A stretch of 59,741 nt of DNA, filler included, from Basidioascus undulatus (taxonomy: Eukaryota): assembly GCA_000826855.1 (NCBI GenBank). It is 8 parts of 8 records of this genome, joined end to end, with 100 filler letters (N's around TTAATTAATTAA, not from the genome) between each part and the next. Parts side by side here need not be neighbours in the genome. Positions count along the whole stretch, not along the records: positions 24,075 to 31,134 come from JTLS01001625.1; positions 31,235 to 38,292 come from JTLS01001626.1; 6 more parts are not named here. One strand, given 5' to 3'. The stretch's first letter is position 1; every line of letters begins with the position of its first letter. Below the pieces are notes generated by a model that was not told the DNA's origin, ran no database searches, and saw nothing but the letters and a program-made list of their open reading frames with translations. Below, piece by piece: positions 25,014 to 36,720 of the stretch. The position numbers and the translations under genes were made by a program.

Positions 25014-26849
25014 ATGCCTCCAAAGCTCGAAACCCCTTCAAAACTCGAACCCCCGCCAAAGCCCAAATTTCCGCGGCTCGAGTGGCCCTATCCCGAATAC
25101 CCCTTCAGTCTCTGGCGGCTCAGCCCCGTTCTCACCATCTCCACTCCCGCTCCGGACCTGTGGCATACGGCCCACGGCCAGTTCGTCATTGCCCCGCTCA
25201 TCAAGAACAAATACTCCCTGGACGATGCCAAAAAGGTGCTTCCCCCCGCAGCATATCTGGTTGGGTCCGTTTACTGACGTGCTTTCTTTGCAGCTCATCA
25301 TTGTGCTGGGGCAGTTGGAGAGGGGAGAGGACCTCGAGCTCCTCGAGTTGAAGGTGGATAGGGTGGACAAAGAGTTGTGAGTGTGGTCTATTATCTACGA
25401 AATCTTTTCGACTTTCGCCTGACAGGCTGGGAGGCTTCCGATTCGTAGGCTGGAGCTCATCGGGGACTGGCTAGACAAGCTGAAGTGGCTCGAGCTTTGG
25501 ACCGAGAGTACCGAGGTGCTGACCGTGCCAAAGAAGAAGAAGATGGAGGAGGACGGGAAGAAAAAGAAGAAGAAAAAGAAGGCGGATGACGGGGAGGAGG
25601 GAGAAGATAGCGAAGGGGAGGAGGTGCGCTCATAATTTTGAGGACTTCACGCTGTGGCGCTTACGGGTTGCTGGGCAGGACGAGGACGAGGAGGACGGGG
25701 ACGAGAAAAAGAAGGAGGAAGATGATCCCTGGGAGGAGAAGGACGAGGGCGAGGAGGAGGACGAGGCGGTCTCATTTGATGGTTGGTGTCTTCCGCTCGC
25801 GCTGTTCAGGCTCGTGCCCGCCGCTGACAGCAAATTTGTTCCTGTGATAGTGGAGGGCTTTCAGGGCATTATTCCAGAGAGCCTTCAGCAAGTCTACACT
25901 TGTTTTGAGCTGCCTGTCCTCCTGTACTCATCCGAACCTGATGTTCATCAGAGCCCTCAACGCGAAGCTCAGCACTGGCAGTGCACCGGGCGGTCCAGGA
26001 GCGACAGGGAAGACGGCCAAGAAGTACAAATGGTCAGTTGTTTGCGCAACGCACCTAGAGGAGGTATTAGCGCCTTTTAACGCCATCTAGGTTACTGCGG
26101 AAACAGGCCATGGCATCCGAGCAACCACAAGCAGCCTCAGCCGGAAAAGGACCTCAATGAGTGGAAGCCGCCGCCCGCCCGGCTGTCCGGCTTTCCTCCT
26201 CCTGCTCCGATCGACGAACCATGGAGATACCCATGTATGCCTATTTCGTTGTTGACTAGGCCAAACCAAGAAGAATTGACCCATTTTTATACCCCCTACA
26301 TCAGTAAAACAGCCGCCCGCCAAGGTTACGCAGCCGAATACAGCCCCGTACGACCCCACGCCTGCCATTTTGGACTTCCCGCACAACTTGGCGTCGTACC
26401 TCGTTCCCCTCCCGGATCTGGAGCATCTCACTCTCGCAGTGGACACCGACACTTTCGCGGGGGACTCCGGCGCACCATTGGAGCGAAGTACGTCGATGCT
26501 CAGCACTCAGCCTTCAGCCTCGCTCTTGCTTCCAACAGCCCAAGCAGCGGCCGCTGATCGGCGCTTGGATCGGTTCATGACAGGTTTGGGAAGGAAGAAG
26601 GAGATTGCTGGGGCTGTGGCGATGGCGTGTCCGAAGCTGAAGCTGGTGCGACTCGGCAAGGGCCCCGGCAAGAAGAAAAACGGCGGCGTCGGGTTCGAAA
26701 TTGTGAGTGTTCGGCTTCTACGGGGCAGCGGAGCTTTCGAATAAGGCGTAAAGCTCAATAGGGATATACCAACCTGCAGGTTGAGCAGCAATGGTGGGAT
26801 GGGCAAAAGTGGTTCGATATGAAGGAGGTGCAATGGGGAAAGGACGAAC
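25014..26849 (+). CDS. Hypothetical spliced protein with Lys/Glu-rich insert and LRR-like segments; middle part frame-disrupted
   Basis: Exons MPPKLETPSKLEPP..., LIIVLGQLERGEDLELLELKVD, LELIGDWLDKLKWLELW, LVPLPDLEHLTLAVD and ACPKLKLVRL, with canonical introns. The 25850-26340 segment does not join cleanly. Confidence 0.45.
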
Positions 26850-27473
26850 AGGACGACTCCGGAGGTTGATGGTCTCTACCGAGATTGGGGTTCTTCCTAC
26901 ACGTGGTGCCATGCAGCGTGCTTTCTTGCGAAGAAATAAGACAAATATATCTCTGTAGCCCTCTGCGGTCAGGAAATCGCACCGGGCGTTTTGCTATTTC
27001 TGCAGGTCTAGCGTCACGCTTGTTGACGGTCGCAGCTTGTCCTCTCACCGCCATGACCTCTGCCGCCTGTTTTTGACGTATCCTCGACCCTGATCCCCAT
27101 TTCTTCACAGTGTACAGGTGAGAGTTTATCTGCTGTGCTTTCAGGCATAACAATAGACACATCATTTCAGGGCTGCGCTACCTACTCGTTGCGCTCTCAC
27201 GTTGGTCCGGGCGTGTCGACTGTTTTGTGCCGCCTGGAGTGGACTAGCCAACGGGCAAGCCCCTTCGCTGCGGTCAGCCTAGTCGGCTCTGCCCTCCTTG
27301 ACCGTCTACTTCGAGCACGTCCTCTCTCACACACATTCACGTTCAACCGCAATTCGCAGCAGGCAGCCACCGGCACGGCACATCAAGCCCGTGCTGCTCT
27401 TTCACTCATCCGCAACCACAGCCTGCCACCGCCGGCGTCGCTCGGTCCTCTTCACTGCAATCTCTCTCAATCC

Positions 27474-29551
27474 ATGTCCAGCATCTGTCAATCACCGAGG
27501 AAATCGATGATGCCGTCTCCCGGCAATCTCTACTCTGAACCTCCCGTCTCCTCACCGCCGCGCACGGCGGTCTCGCCTCTTTCCAATCTCTCCTCGATCT
27601 ACGAGAGCGACGCGATACCTCTCGGCGGGTACCCACTCGAGCCTCAGGCGTCTACCGCCTCGCTCGCCTCCACACTCGTGCGATACAACACCTCCGAGGT
27701 GTCCGACCGCGTGCCCCTCCGCCGGGGCTCGGTCCCGTACGACGAGGACTCGGAGAAGTACGACACCCCGCCCCGCCGCCAGAAGCAGCACGGCAACGGG
27801 CGCGGATTTTACCCCTGGCTCCGTAGGGTTCGGGAGCACCGGTGGTTCACGCCCGTCTTGCTCACGGCCATCTTCGCCGTCGTGTTCCTCGTGGCGCTGC
27901 TCAGCTTCCTGGGGTACCGCGGGAGCATCGACCTGGCGAACGGGACGGGGATGGCGAGCGATGTTGGAGAGCAGAAAGCTGGGGTGAGTCTAGCTTTATG
28001 CGGCCACGGCACGTCATAAACATCCGCTGACCAAGGTGTCCTGGGGCAGGTTGTGCTTTGGGGCACTGTGACGGATCTCGACGTCGAAGCGTCCAGTGTC
28101 AAGTACTTCTTTTCACCCACCGTTGGACAAGCTGAGTCTAACGTCGTCTCACCACAGCATTCGTTGGACTTTCGCCGGCTGCGGTCCCGGCTTCGTCGAG
28201 AACGCGACCAAGGTGACGGACTGCGGGTCCCTGATCCGCAACATCACGATTTTCGCGAACGAGTCTGTCGCTTCCGCTCACGGACATCTTGCGTCGAGCC
28301 TTTTACTCACACACCATTCTCTCAGGAATGCCACTCTTGCAAAGTTTGAGGACTCCACGATGGGGGGAACACTCAAAGAGGCAGGTGCTGGGTCGTTCGA
28401 CCCGGCGGACGTTATCTGGGCGCAGAATCCCACCTCCCCCGGCAAAGTGTGAGCAGTACAGACGCCCTGCTGCTTTTATGTGAGCTACTGACTGAACAGG
28501 TGAACCGGTCTCATAGGCGCCTCACTTACACGCCGCAATTCGAGTTGGACATGGCATTTGACTGGGAGGAGGGACGAGACGATGCGTATGCTGATGACCG
28601 GGCATACCCCTTCGACGCGTGCGCGCTTTATTCCGGTCTGCCCCACTTCTCGAAATTCATGGGACCTTCCACAGATACCATGCCTTCTCTACCTTCTTGG
28701 CATGTGCGGAAGATTTGCTAAGTCTCTCGCATCTCTCGCTGACTTTCTCGCCTTTGCAGGGGATGCCGGTCAGAACACATCCGCGCCGGAGCAAGGCACA
28801 TTCTCCCCCTTCAGCTTCGTCAAGATCACCGGCAGCGTTCCCAACTACGTAGTGTCCTCCCTGGAGTCCGTTCAGGCACTTGCTGGTTCTCTCATCCCGG
28901 CGCTTGCTGACGCCCCTCTGAATCTCAGCTATCCGACTCTCGACGACGATGTGCGACGCACCATCCGCCTGCGCATCACCCGTTCGAACGCAGTCCGCGC
29001 ATTCGCCATTGTCATGTACGCCGCAACCCAACCTTCCCTGCTGCAGTTCGAATCTAGCCTGATTGATTCGGGTCTTAACGCATAGCTTCATCACGAACTG
29101 GGCGATCACACTGGTCATCCTGTACGCCGCCATCCTCGCGTCGGTGTATCGGAAAGCCGTCATGGGCGAGGTGTGCCTCCAATTTCCCAGCGTTACCGTC
29201 TCGAGTCGTCTGCTGATTCGAAAGGCGTGGGCTGCAGGTATTCGTCGTTACCATCACTGCCCTCTTTGCTCTCCCTGTCATCCGCGACGCCATGCCCGGC
29301 GCTCCTTCGTTCGGGACTTACTCTGAGTACGCCTGATGCTTCCGTCTTTTTCGCATCCGCGCTGACACACAAACACTTCCACAGCGCTCTCGGCTACTTC
29401 CTCTGCCTACCGATCGTCGCCGTCTCCGTCCGTTACCTTTTCCGCGGGGTGCTTTGTGTCCCAACGCTGACACGTCCGCTTCCCCTCGCAGTCTGCCATT
29501 CTACTCATGTGCATGCTGCATCCGCCCAAGGACACGTCGAAGATTCACTAG
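27474..29551 (+). CDS. Complete 11-exon DUF4436-type membrane protein with pentameric ligand-gated ion channel (Pro-loop)-like architecture
   Basis: All 10 introns are GT..AG and splice in frame. Product: N-terminal TM (VLLTAIFAVVFLVALLSFLGY), beta-rich ectodomain with RAYPFDAY, then IRLRITRS, TM (FAIVIFITNWAITLVILYAAILA), TM (VFVVTITALFALPVIR), DAMPGAPSFGTYSD loop, TM (ALGYFLCLPIVAVSSAILLM), TAG at 29549-29551. Confidence 0.8.
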
Positions 29552-29960
29552 ATGTCTGTCTGCTTCACCCCTCTAACCTTCCCATCCTCTCACACTCGCT
29601 GGTTTCGTTTTTCACTCTATTCGCATTTACCTCGCATTGTCAACCGGACATTGCACCACCCTCCACTCGCATCGTACTTTATTCGAATGATGAACAGTTT
29701 CATACCCTCGCATTTCGCTCACGTCGCTGTACCTCTGCTCCTGCCTTGTTTCGTGACCTTGCATAAATAATTGTTTCTGTTGTCTGTGGCTACCTGCTCT
29801 CGGGAGTGACAATGCACAAGCTGTGTGCCGAGAGACATCATGCGTAGCGTTCATCAAAGACAAGTGTTGGTACAGATAACAATGCGTGCGTGTGCGGAAA
29901 CGGCTGCGTATAAAAAAACGACGAGTGAACATGGTGAAACTTGGAACGGTCATGTTAAAG

Positions 29961-31134
29961 CTATTCGCCAGCCCTGTAAACGTCCTCTCTCAGGAGCACC
30001 GCCTCCTCCAGCGAGTCCGTCACCCAATCAGGCGTGACATGCTGGCGGTACTTCGGCCTGAACATCGCTCCCGCCCACATGTGCGTTAGCCAAGGCGAAA
30101 ACAGCAGAAAGGGAGGTCGTCGCAAGGAACAACATCACGCACTTTCTCGTGCGCTTGAAGATCTCCCTGGCCCTCGAGCTGTCGGCCTCGTCGATGAGGA
30201 CGTGCGTGAGCTTGGGGTCGTCCACTGAGGTCGTCACGCGTCCGCCGTTGTCCGCCACCTTGCGCGCGATGTCGTCCCAGCTGTGCCGCAAGCCCAACGT
30301 CGTAAGTAAGCAGCTTGAACAAACGGAAAGGGCAACAGGAAATGAGACGCACTCGGTCTTGACCTTGCGTTTCGACTTCGAGATGCTCTTGAGGTCGTTT
30401 GCAGCGGCGTTGTCGAGCGTGTCGAGGTAGAAGACGCTGCCGGCGTCGCAAGCAAATCGGTACCTCAGGTAAGGCAGCAGTAGGGCAAGGCGGAAGACGC
30501 ACAGATGCCTGAACAACTTTTCCTCGTCGTACTCCATCGCCTCCTCGGTCTCGCCCATCTTGGCCGCGGCCTGAATGAAGCTGGTGAGCTATCCCGCATA
30601 AAATTGTTCGGTCCCGGCCCGCTCAGGAGACTCACAGGCTGCGTCTCGTCCGGCTCCGAGTCAAGCGTCCTGTCCGGGTCTACGTCGGTGTCGACGGTCT
30701 TGTCAAGGTCGATAGCCTCCGGCTCAGGGGGCTGTGCGAAGTCCGAGCCATGAGTACTGACAGGAACGGGAGACAAGGCGGGGTTGGATGTGTTGGTGAG
30801 AACTCACCGTCGGCGACCGCTTGCGCTCGTCCTCAGGCGCTTCGGTGTCCACCGTCGCGTCGCTGTCGATGGACAAGCGGCGCTGCTGCGCGGGAGGCTG
30901 CACGGCCACCAACAACACATGAGCACAGTCGCGCAAGCCGTACCACAGCAAGAACACTCACCGGCTCGTCCTCCGCCGCGACCTCGTCTGCCATTCCCTC
31001 TTCCTCCTTCTCTACCTCCCTCTCCTCCCTCTCCTCCTCCCTCTCCTCCTCCCTCCCGTCCTCCCTCCCGTCCTCCCTCTCCTCCTCCCTCTCCTCCTCC
31101 CTCTCCTCCTCCCTCTCCTCCTCCCTCTCCTCCT
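29961..31134 (-). CDS. LIG4: DNA ligase IV C-terminal region (acidic linker plus last BRCT); 5' truncated
   Basis: MGETEEAMEYDEEKLFRHL..FYLDT...VADNGGRVTTSVDDPKLTHVLID..DSSR...HVTPDWVTDSLEEAVLLREDVY is a BRCT with GG, THV and WV..S motifs, in the form seen in basidiomycete Lig4 tails. Confidence 0.75.
31017..31134. repeat. 12-bp tandem repeat (TCCCTCTCCTCC)n, encoding EERE/EREE repeats on the minus strand
   Basis: Directly visible. The contig breaks inside it. Confidence 0.85.
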
Positions 31135-32437
31135 NNNNNNNNNNNNNNNNNNNNNNNNNNNNNNNNNNNNNNNNNNNNTTAATTAATTAANNNNNNNNNN
31201 NNNNNNNNNNNNNNNNNNNNNNNNNNNNNNNNNNGGGGGGGGGGGAGGGTCGTGAAGCGTTTGAGAACTGGAGAAGCTGCCTTAGAAGGCTTGCGTGGAT
31301 ATGTCGGGACTAGATACTTAATACACGCAAACTGGATCACCACTCAGACTCCATCGGTGGGATGCGGCTGCTTGAAGATGCAGCTTTGACGACTCGCCTT
31401 CCAAATTAGCCTGGGTATGCTGCACTACGGTCAATATATCACAGAAGTATAGCCTCTTTGAATTAAAGATACAGTTTTCGTACCATCGTCGATGCTTCGT
31501 CTTGACAAGATGCCAAGAAGGTTTTACTTGCTATTGTATTCTGGCTGCTGTCACTCGGCGGTGTACCCTGCTGCAGTCTATCAAATATTGTGCCCAGACA
31601 GCTGTAGGTCAACGGCAGCTTAGTTCGACATTTCTCACCACGGTACACAGAGCTGCCGGCGCAGCGCAGCGCCTGTTTGCAAAGTGCAGCGCGAACGGCT
31701 TTGAGGAGAAATGAAGGCTGCTCCGAGGTGGTTTTGGAAGGAGAGTGAAATTCATTATTCCTTATCGGTACCGTTGCATAATTTCTGTAATGATGTCTGT
31801 AACACATCTTAAGAACGCGTCGCTGCAACGATGCTTTTTAATGTCGAAACCTCTCTCGCTACAGTCGACTTGGCTCTGGATACCTTCCGGCATGCAGTCC
31901 TCCCCGGAAAACACTTTCAGACCCAAGAGTTCACTGACATTCATGTATGGTACATGGCTGAAGCTGTCTCTGAGACGTGGCCGAGTATCGGCGGCTTCTC
32001 TAGGATGTCCCAACCTGAATCGCGGCAATTTTCGGCGCTCAAAGTTCTTTTCCTGTTAGCAACTAGACTTAGGAGAGCATTCCATTATTCTGACTTCTTG
32101 CTTCCAACAATGTCAGGCGGTCGCGGTAGCCAGTTCCATTTAATATTGGAGAAACAGCACTTTGCGAGACGATTGCGAGGCTTCCAACATAAGACATAGA
32201 ACCACCTGGTCCACGCGGGTAGAAGGTTCTGCGATGAAACAGCTTCGTACTATATATGAAAACAGGCCTTTCAGAGAGCACAGATTCTTATTGGGTGGTC
32301 GCTTACGGAGTAGACACCGGCATCCACGTGGGTTGATCAGCTCCCTCCGTCACTCTCGTCCTCAGCCTGCCGACATCGAGCGCCTGTGCCCACAAGCTTC
32401 GCATTTTCAGCCTCGATCATACAAATTCTCTACCGGC

Positions 32438-33650
32438 ATGAGCTTTAGCCGATCTTGGCCCTTCCCGACGAGATCCTTCCGCGTATCTTCGCGTTCGCCA
32501 CCGCCGGCGACACGGGCACGGAGGCTGTAGCGACACGCAAGGCTCTCCCCTTGATTTGCAAGAAACTGTACGTGGGTAATGTACTCAATAACTTGCCATG
32601 ATTCGATTACTTATTGGAGAGATGCTGGCCAACATCAGCCTGCTGCCAAGCGTCACTTCCTCGAATCGATCACCGTCCGCTCTCTGGTCTCGATCGAGCG
32701 TATCTACGAGAGCATACTCAAAACTCAGAAGGTTGAGATTATCATGGCCGAGCACATTGGCAGTGTCAACATCTGCATCGACGAAGACTTACAGCGCGGC
32801 GCGGCCAGCTCGCTCGACCAGACCGCGACGACCTCTATCGCGCCTTCTCATATCGCCCTGACGGCTTTCAAGGTGAAAGGCTGCACACCTGGGTGGTGTG
32901 GCTACCGTTGCGGTCTGAAGATCCTTGACGCTCTGAGCTTGAGTTGCACCCATAGTCTCACTTCCCTCTGACATCGACGTTGAGCTGGCACCAGAAACCC
33001 GGGCAGGCTTGTTCTTCTTCCTCTTGAGTCGCTTCAAGGCCCTTCGACACCTCGTCGTAGGCGCATCCCGTGTGGAGCTCATAGATACCGAGGCTTTGTC
33101 CCCCGACCTGCTTCGACTAGGAACTCTCGATCTCTGTGGAAGTCAAGCACTGGCATCGGTGGCTCTCCAGCACTTTCAAACGTGGTGTTCCCAGCACTCA
33201 GAGCGGTTTCGGTGATTCTGAAAGCGGTCGCGGCAGAGGGAGTTGCTGCATTTTTGGAAACGTCACGGCCGGAATTTACGATTTCTGGGCGCCACCATCT
33301 GCCACGACGAGGTTGTTCTCGCTCCCTTGCTCGCGCTGTGCTCGAATCTCCGTGCACTGAGGGTTTCCCTCGGCGCAACCTCGCGACTGCTCGAGCTTCC
33401 GGATTCTTGGCCGCCGACTCTGTGCTGCTAGATACTGAAACTTCCACCGTCTATTGAGTATCGAAACATTGTCGGTGATCTGCTCAGCCGGCTCGCAGCG
33501 ACTCGCCCGGAGAAGCTCGACACCGTCACTCTGAGGCTTGCCATGTCCGGACCTTCTACATGGGAGCTGAGCGACGATGCCTTCCTTGCATGGGCCGTCC
33601 GAATGAGCATAAAGCTGGACCTCTATGGCATTCATGTGTACGGTCAAGAA
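32438..33650 (+). pseudogene. F-box/LRR-like pseudogene, copy A; end approximate
   Basis: ILALPDEILPRIFAFAT...ATRKALPLICKKLY, RHFLESITVRSLVS, SRFKALRHLVVGA, FPALRAVSVIL, EKLDTVTLRL; multiple frameshifts. Confidence 0.65.
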
Positions 33651-34149
33651 GGTAGACGCATGTGTGTCACGGCGAAATATGCGTAGCACAATGCAATAGA
33701 TACATTTTGTAGGGTCCAAGACACTAATGATCAAAGGAGACACATGTTCCACAGGTGCGAGAGTCGCACCCCTGTAGACAGAAACGTTAACCTCAGAGCG
33801 CATTATCGAGAAGTACACATTGGCAAGCAGACAGCCAACCTGTACAACTAAAAAATCTCACTATGGGTGTGTTTTTTGCATTGATCACGAACCTTGCCCT
33901 ACGTTTCGGATGTCGCTTCGTTGGAGAGGTGATCACGAAGATCTCATCACCCACATTAAGTCCCATCTAGGGATTTTTTGAAAAACATTCTCTTCTCAAT
34001 CGTTTGCGTCTTTGATTGCCAGAGCTGTCTGAAGGCGAAGAAAGATAGCTGATTGCGCCGGTCGCATGATTCGCAAGATCAGGCCCACAGCAGCTTGGCA
34101 CTCGGTAAGCACTCGTGCGGAAGAGCAAGGAAGATTCACTGTTCTTGTA

Positions 34150-34524
34150 AGTCCCCAAGTCTTATATGACGAATTATGCGAGCTAGAGTTACATGTGCCC
34201 TTTCAAGTGAATGTGCGCGTCCACATCCCGTAGCCCGTTCCTCACGGACGGGCTGGCGGACGCCCGAGTCCAGGAGGCATACCCTGGAGATGGGAAGGAC
34301 GTGCTTCCGCGACCAGGGGCAGTCTGAGGAAGTGGGTGCTCGAGGATGTGGAAGGTCGGAAGTGGGTCGGAAGGCACCGCTGTTGTCGATCACTCGATGC
34401 ATACAGCATCTTGCAAGCTCGTACTAAAAAGCTTGATACTGTCACTCTGAGGCTTACATGGTCCGAATACTCATACGAGAGCGGAATGACTGTCTCTTCC
34501 CTGCATGGGCTGTTCTTTGCATAA
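34150..34524 (+). pseudogene. Fragment of a third paralogue (C-terminal part)
   Basis: KKLDTVTLRLTWS and ...ctgcatgggctgttc match the 3' end of copy A (EKLDTVTLRLAMS, ...ttgcatgggccgtcc). Confidence 0.45.
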
Positions 34525-35515
34525 ACTAGGCATCTATTTGTGTGATTAAGAGGGCAAACCCATTGATAACGCTACTACAAAAGATAAGTGGCATCCCTGA
34601 GATCGAGGAAGTCATGCCTATATGTATTTGTACTCTTAGGGTTTCAACTAAGTGTTTTCTTTCGTAGCACCCCTTTGCTATAAGAGCGTATAGGGTTATC
34701 AACCAGGCAGGCATCGCACCGGTACGGTACATGGCCTCTCCACAGACTGCGGTTCTCTCTGGCGTCCCAGGATTGGACTCGATAGCTGATAGGCGGAATG
34801 GAGACGCTCTTAAAACCATGTGTGCAGAAGAAAGTGCCCACGTTCATGAGGGCGGCGAGTCCTGTCGGCGCTGGACAGGCTCAGGTCGTCGTCCGAGCGG
34901 CTGGGCAATCAGGGCTCCGGCGTGGGAGGCATAGAGACTGAAAGATGGAACATGGGTTGTGCATGTGCGCTTTGGCACAGCTTTCTAAGGGGGTATTCGG
35001 GAAAATCTGAGATCGTGGGTGACCTGCAATGCATGCCTATTTGGCCTTCCAATGCTGAAGTTGAGCCTGCCTTTGCCTCGGCGCTCTTACCGCCAGTGTC
35101 GTGGGCTGTCTCCTCTCAGTCTTCTCGAGGTGCGGCATTGTCGGCAGCCAAGTCTCCCCTGGGAAAATTTTAGGTTGCGTCCCCCTATAACACAGTTGCG
35201 GCGGCCATGTTGCATTCGAAGAAACCGCGCTGTTGCGGCGCTCACTCCATGCAACACCCAACTGAGGGTGCAAAGAGCGGATATAGAATCAACTCGTCCG
35301 CGTGTGCGATAACCTTGTTGGCGTAAACGTATTTCCTTTCAGTCAATAAGGCGGAAGCGGACTGCATCTTGGAGGTTACGGATTGTCCCCCGGAACAGCG
35401 CTTGTAGGTGCGGATTCATCTCTGGTTGGCGAGCTACCTGCACACTCTCGTCTTATGGTCTGCTTACGTCGAACACCTTTACCAAACGTATCGACCATAT
35501 AAAGCTTCTACCAAT

Positions 35516-36720
35516 ATGCCCATCAGTCCTATTCTGGCCTTTCCTGAGGAGATCCTTCTGGGTATCTTTGCATTTGCCACCTCCGCCGATTACACGAGCG
35601 CGGAAGCAATGGCCACTCGTAAGGCGCTCCCTTTGATTTTGCAAGGAACTATACGTATGTCTCGCGTGCCTAAACCCTGGTCACTATCAGTGCTTATCCC
35701 CGTCCACATCAGCCTGTTGCCCAGCGTCACTTCCTCGAAGCCATCACACTCCGGTCCCTGGTCTCATTGAGCTTCTCTACGAGAGGTTCCTCACCTTCGA
35801 GAAGCAGAAGCTTCCCATGGCCGAATGCGTTCGCAGTCTCAACGTCCGCATCACGGAAGATTCGCAGCGTGTGCCGGCCAACTCGCTCGACCTGACCGCG
35901 ATGCCCTCCAATGCCCTTTTCCTTGTCGGCCTGACGACTTTCAGCGCTGTAGGCTAAACGCCAGGACTTTGGGCTACCGCTCGGGTCTGCCAAACCCTCG
36001 AAGCACTGAGCCACAGCTGTGTCCAGAGCCTACTCATTTGGAGCTGGTGCCAGAGACTATGGTGGACATATTCTTCTTCGTGTCGAATCGCTTCAAGTGT
36101 CTTCGGCACCTCACTGTGGGCGCGTACCATGCGGGCTCACGGAGACCGATATTGTGCCTCTGGACTTGCCTCGGATTAAATACCTCAACCTCAATCTCAC
36201 TCTCACATTGGCTTTCGGTTCTCCAGCGCTCTCAGCTGTCATGTTTCCGGCGCTCAGCGCGCTTTCGGTGATTCTGGAAGCGGGCACAGCAGAGCGATTT
36301 GCTCCATTCTTCAACCGTCACGCCCAGATCTTGCGCTTTCTGGGCGTCTCCATCTTCCACGACGACGTTGCGCTGCTCCTCTTCTCGTGCAGTGCTCGAA
36401 CCTTCACACTCTCGACCTGCGGCTCTCCGTCACCGCGTCCTCGAGGCTACTTGAGCTAGCAGGCGCCTTTCCACCCACTCTGCGCCATATGATATTGGAG
36501 ATTCCCATCACTTGAGTATCGGGTATTCTCGGGGATCTGCTCGACCGACTCGCGGCCGCTCGCCCCGAGGAGCTCGACAATGTCACGCTGAGGCTTCGCT
36601 GGCCGGGGCGGTTTCTTGGGAGTCGAGCGAGGATGTCCTTTTTGGTTGGGCACTTCAGATGAGTCGCAGGCTAGAGGGAAGCGGTAGCGGTATTCTCTTG
36701 TCCGATGAGGAGGGTAAAAG
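35516..36720 (+). pseudogene. F-box/LRR-like pseudogene, copy B; end approximate
   Basis: MPISPILAFPEEILLGIFAFAT...ATRKALPLI, RHFLEAITLRSLVS, NRFKCLRHLTVGA, FPALSALSVIL, EELDNVTLRL are collinear with copy A; frameshifted. Confidence 0.65.
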
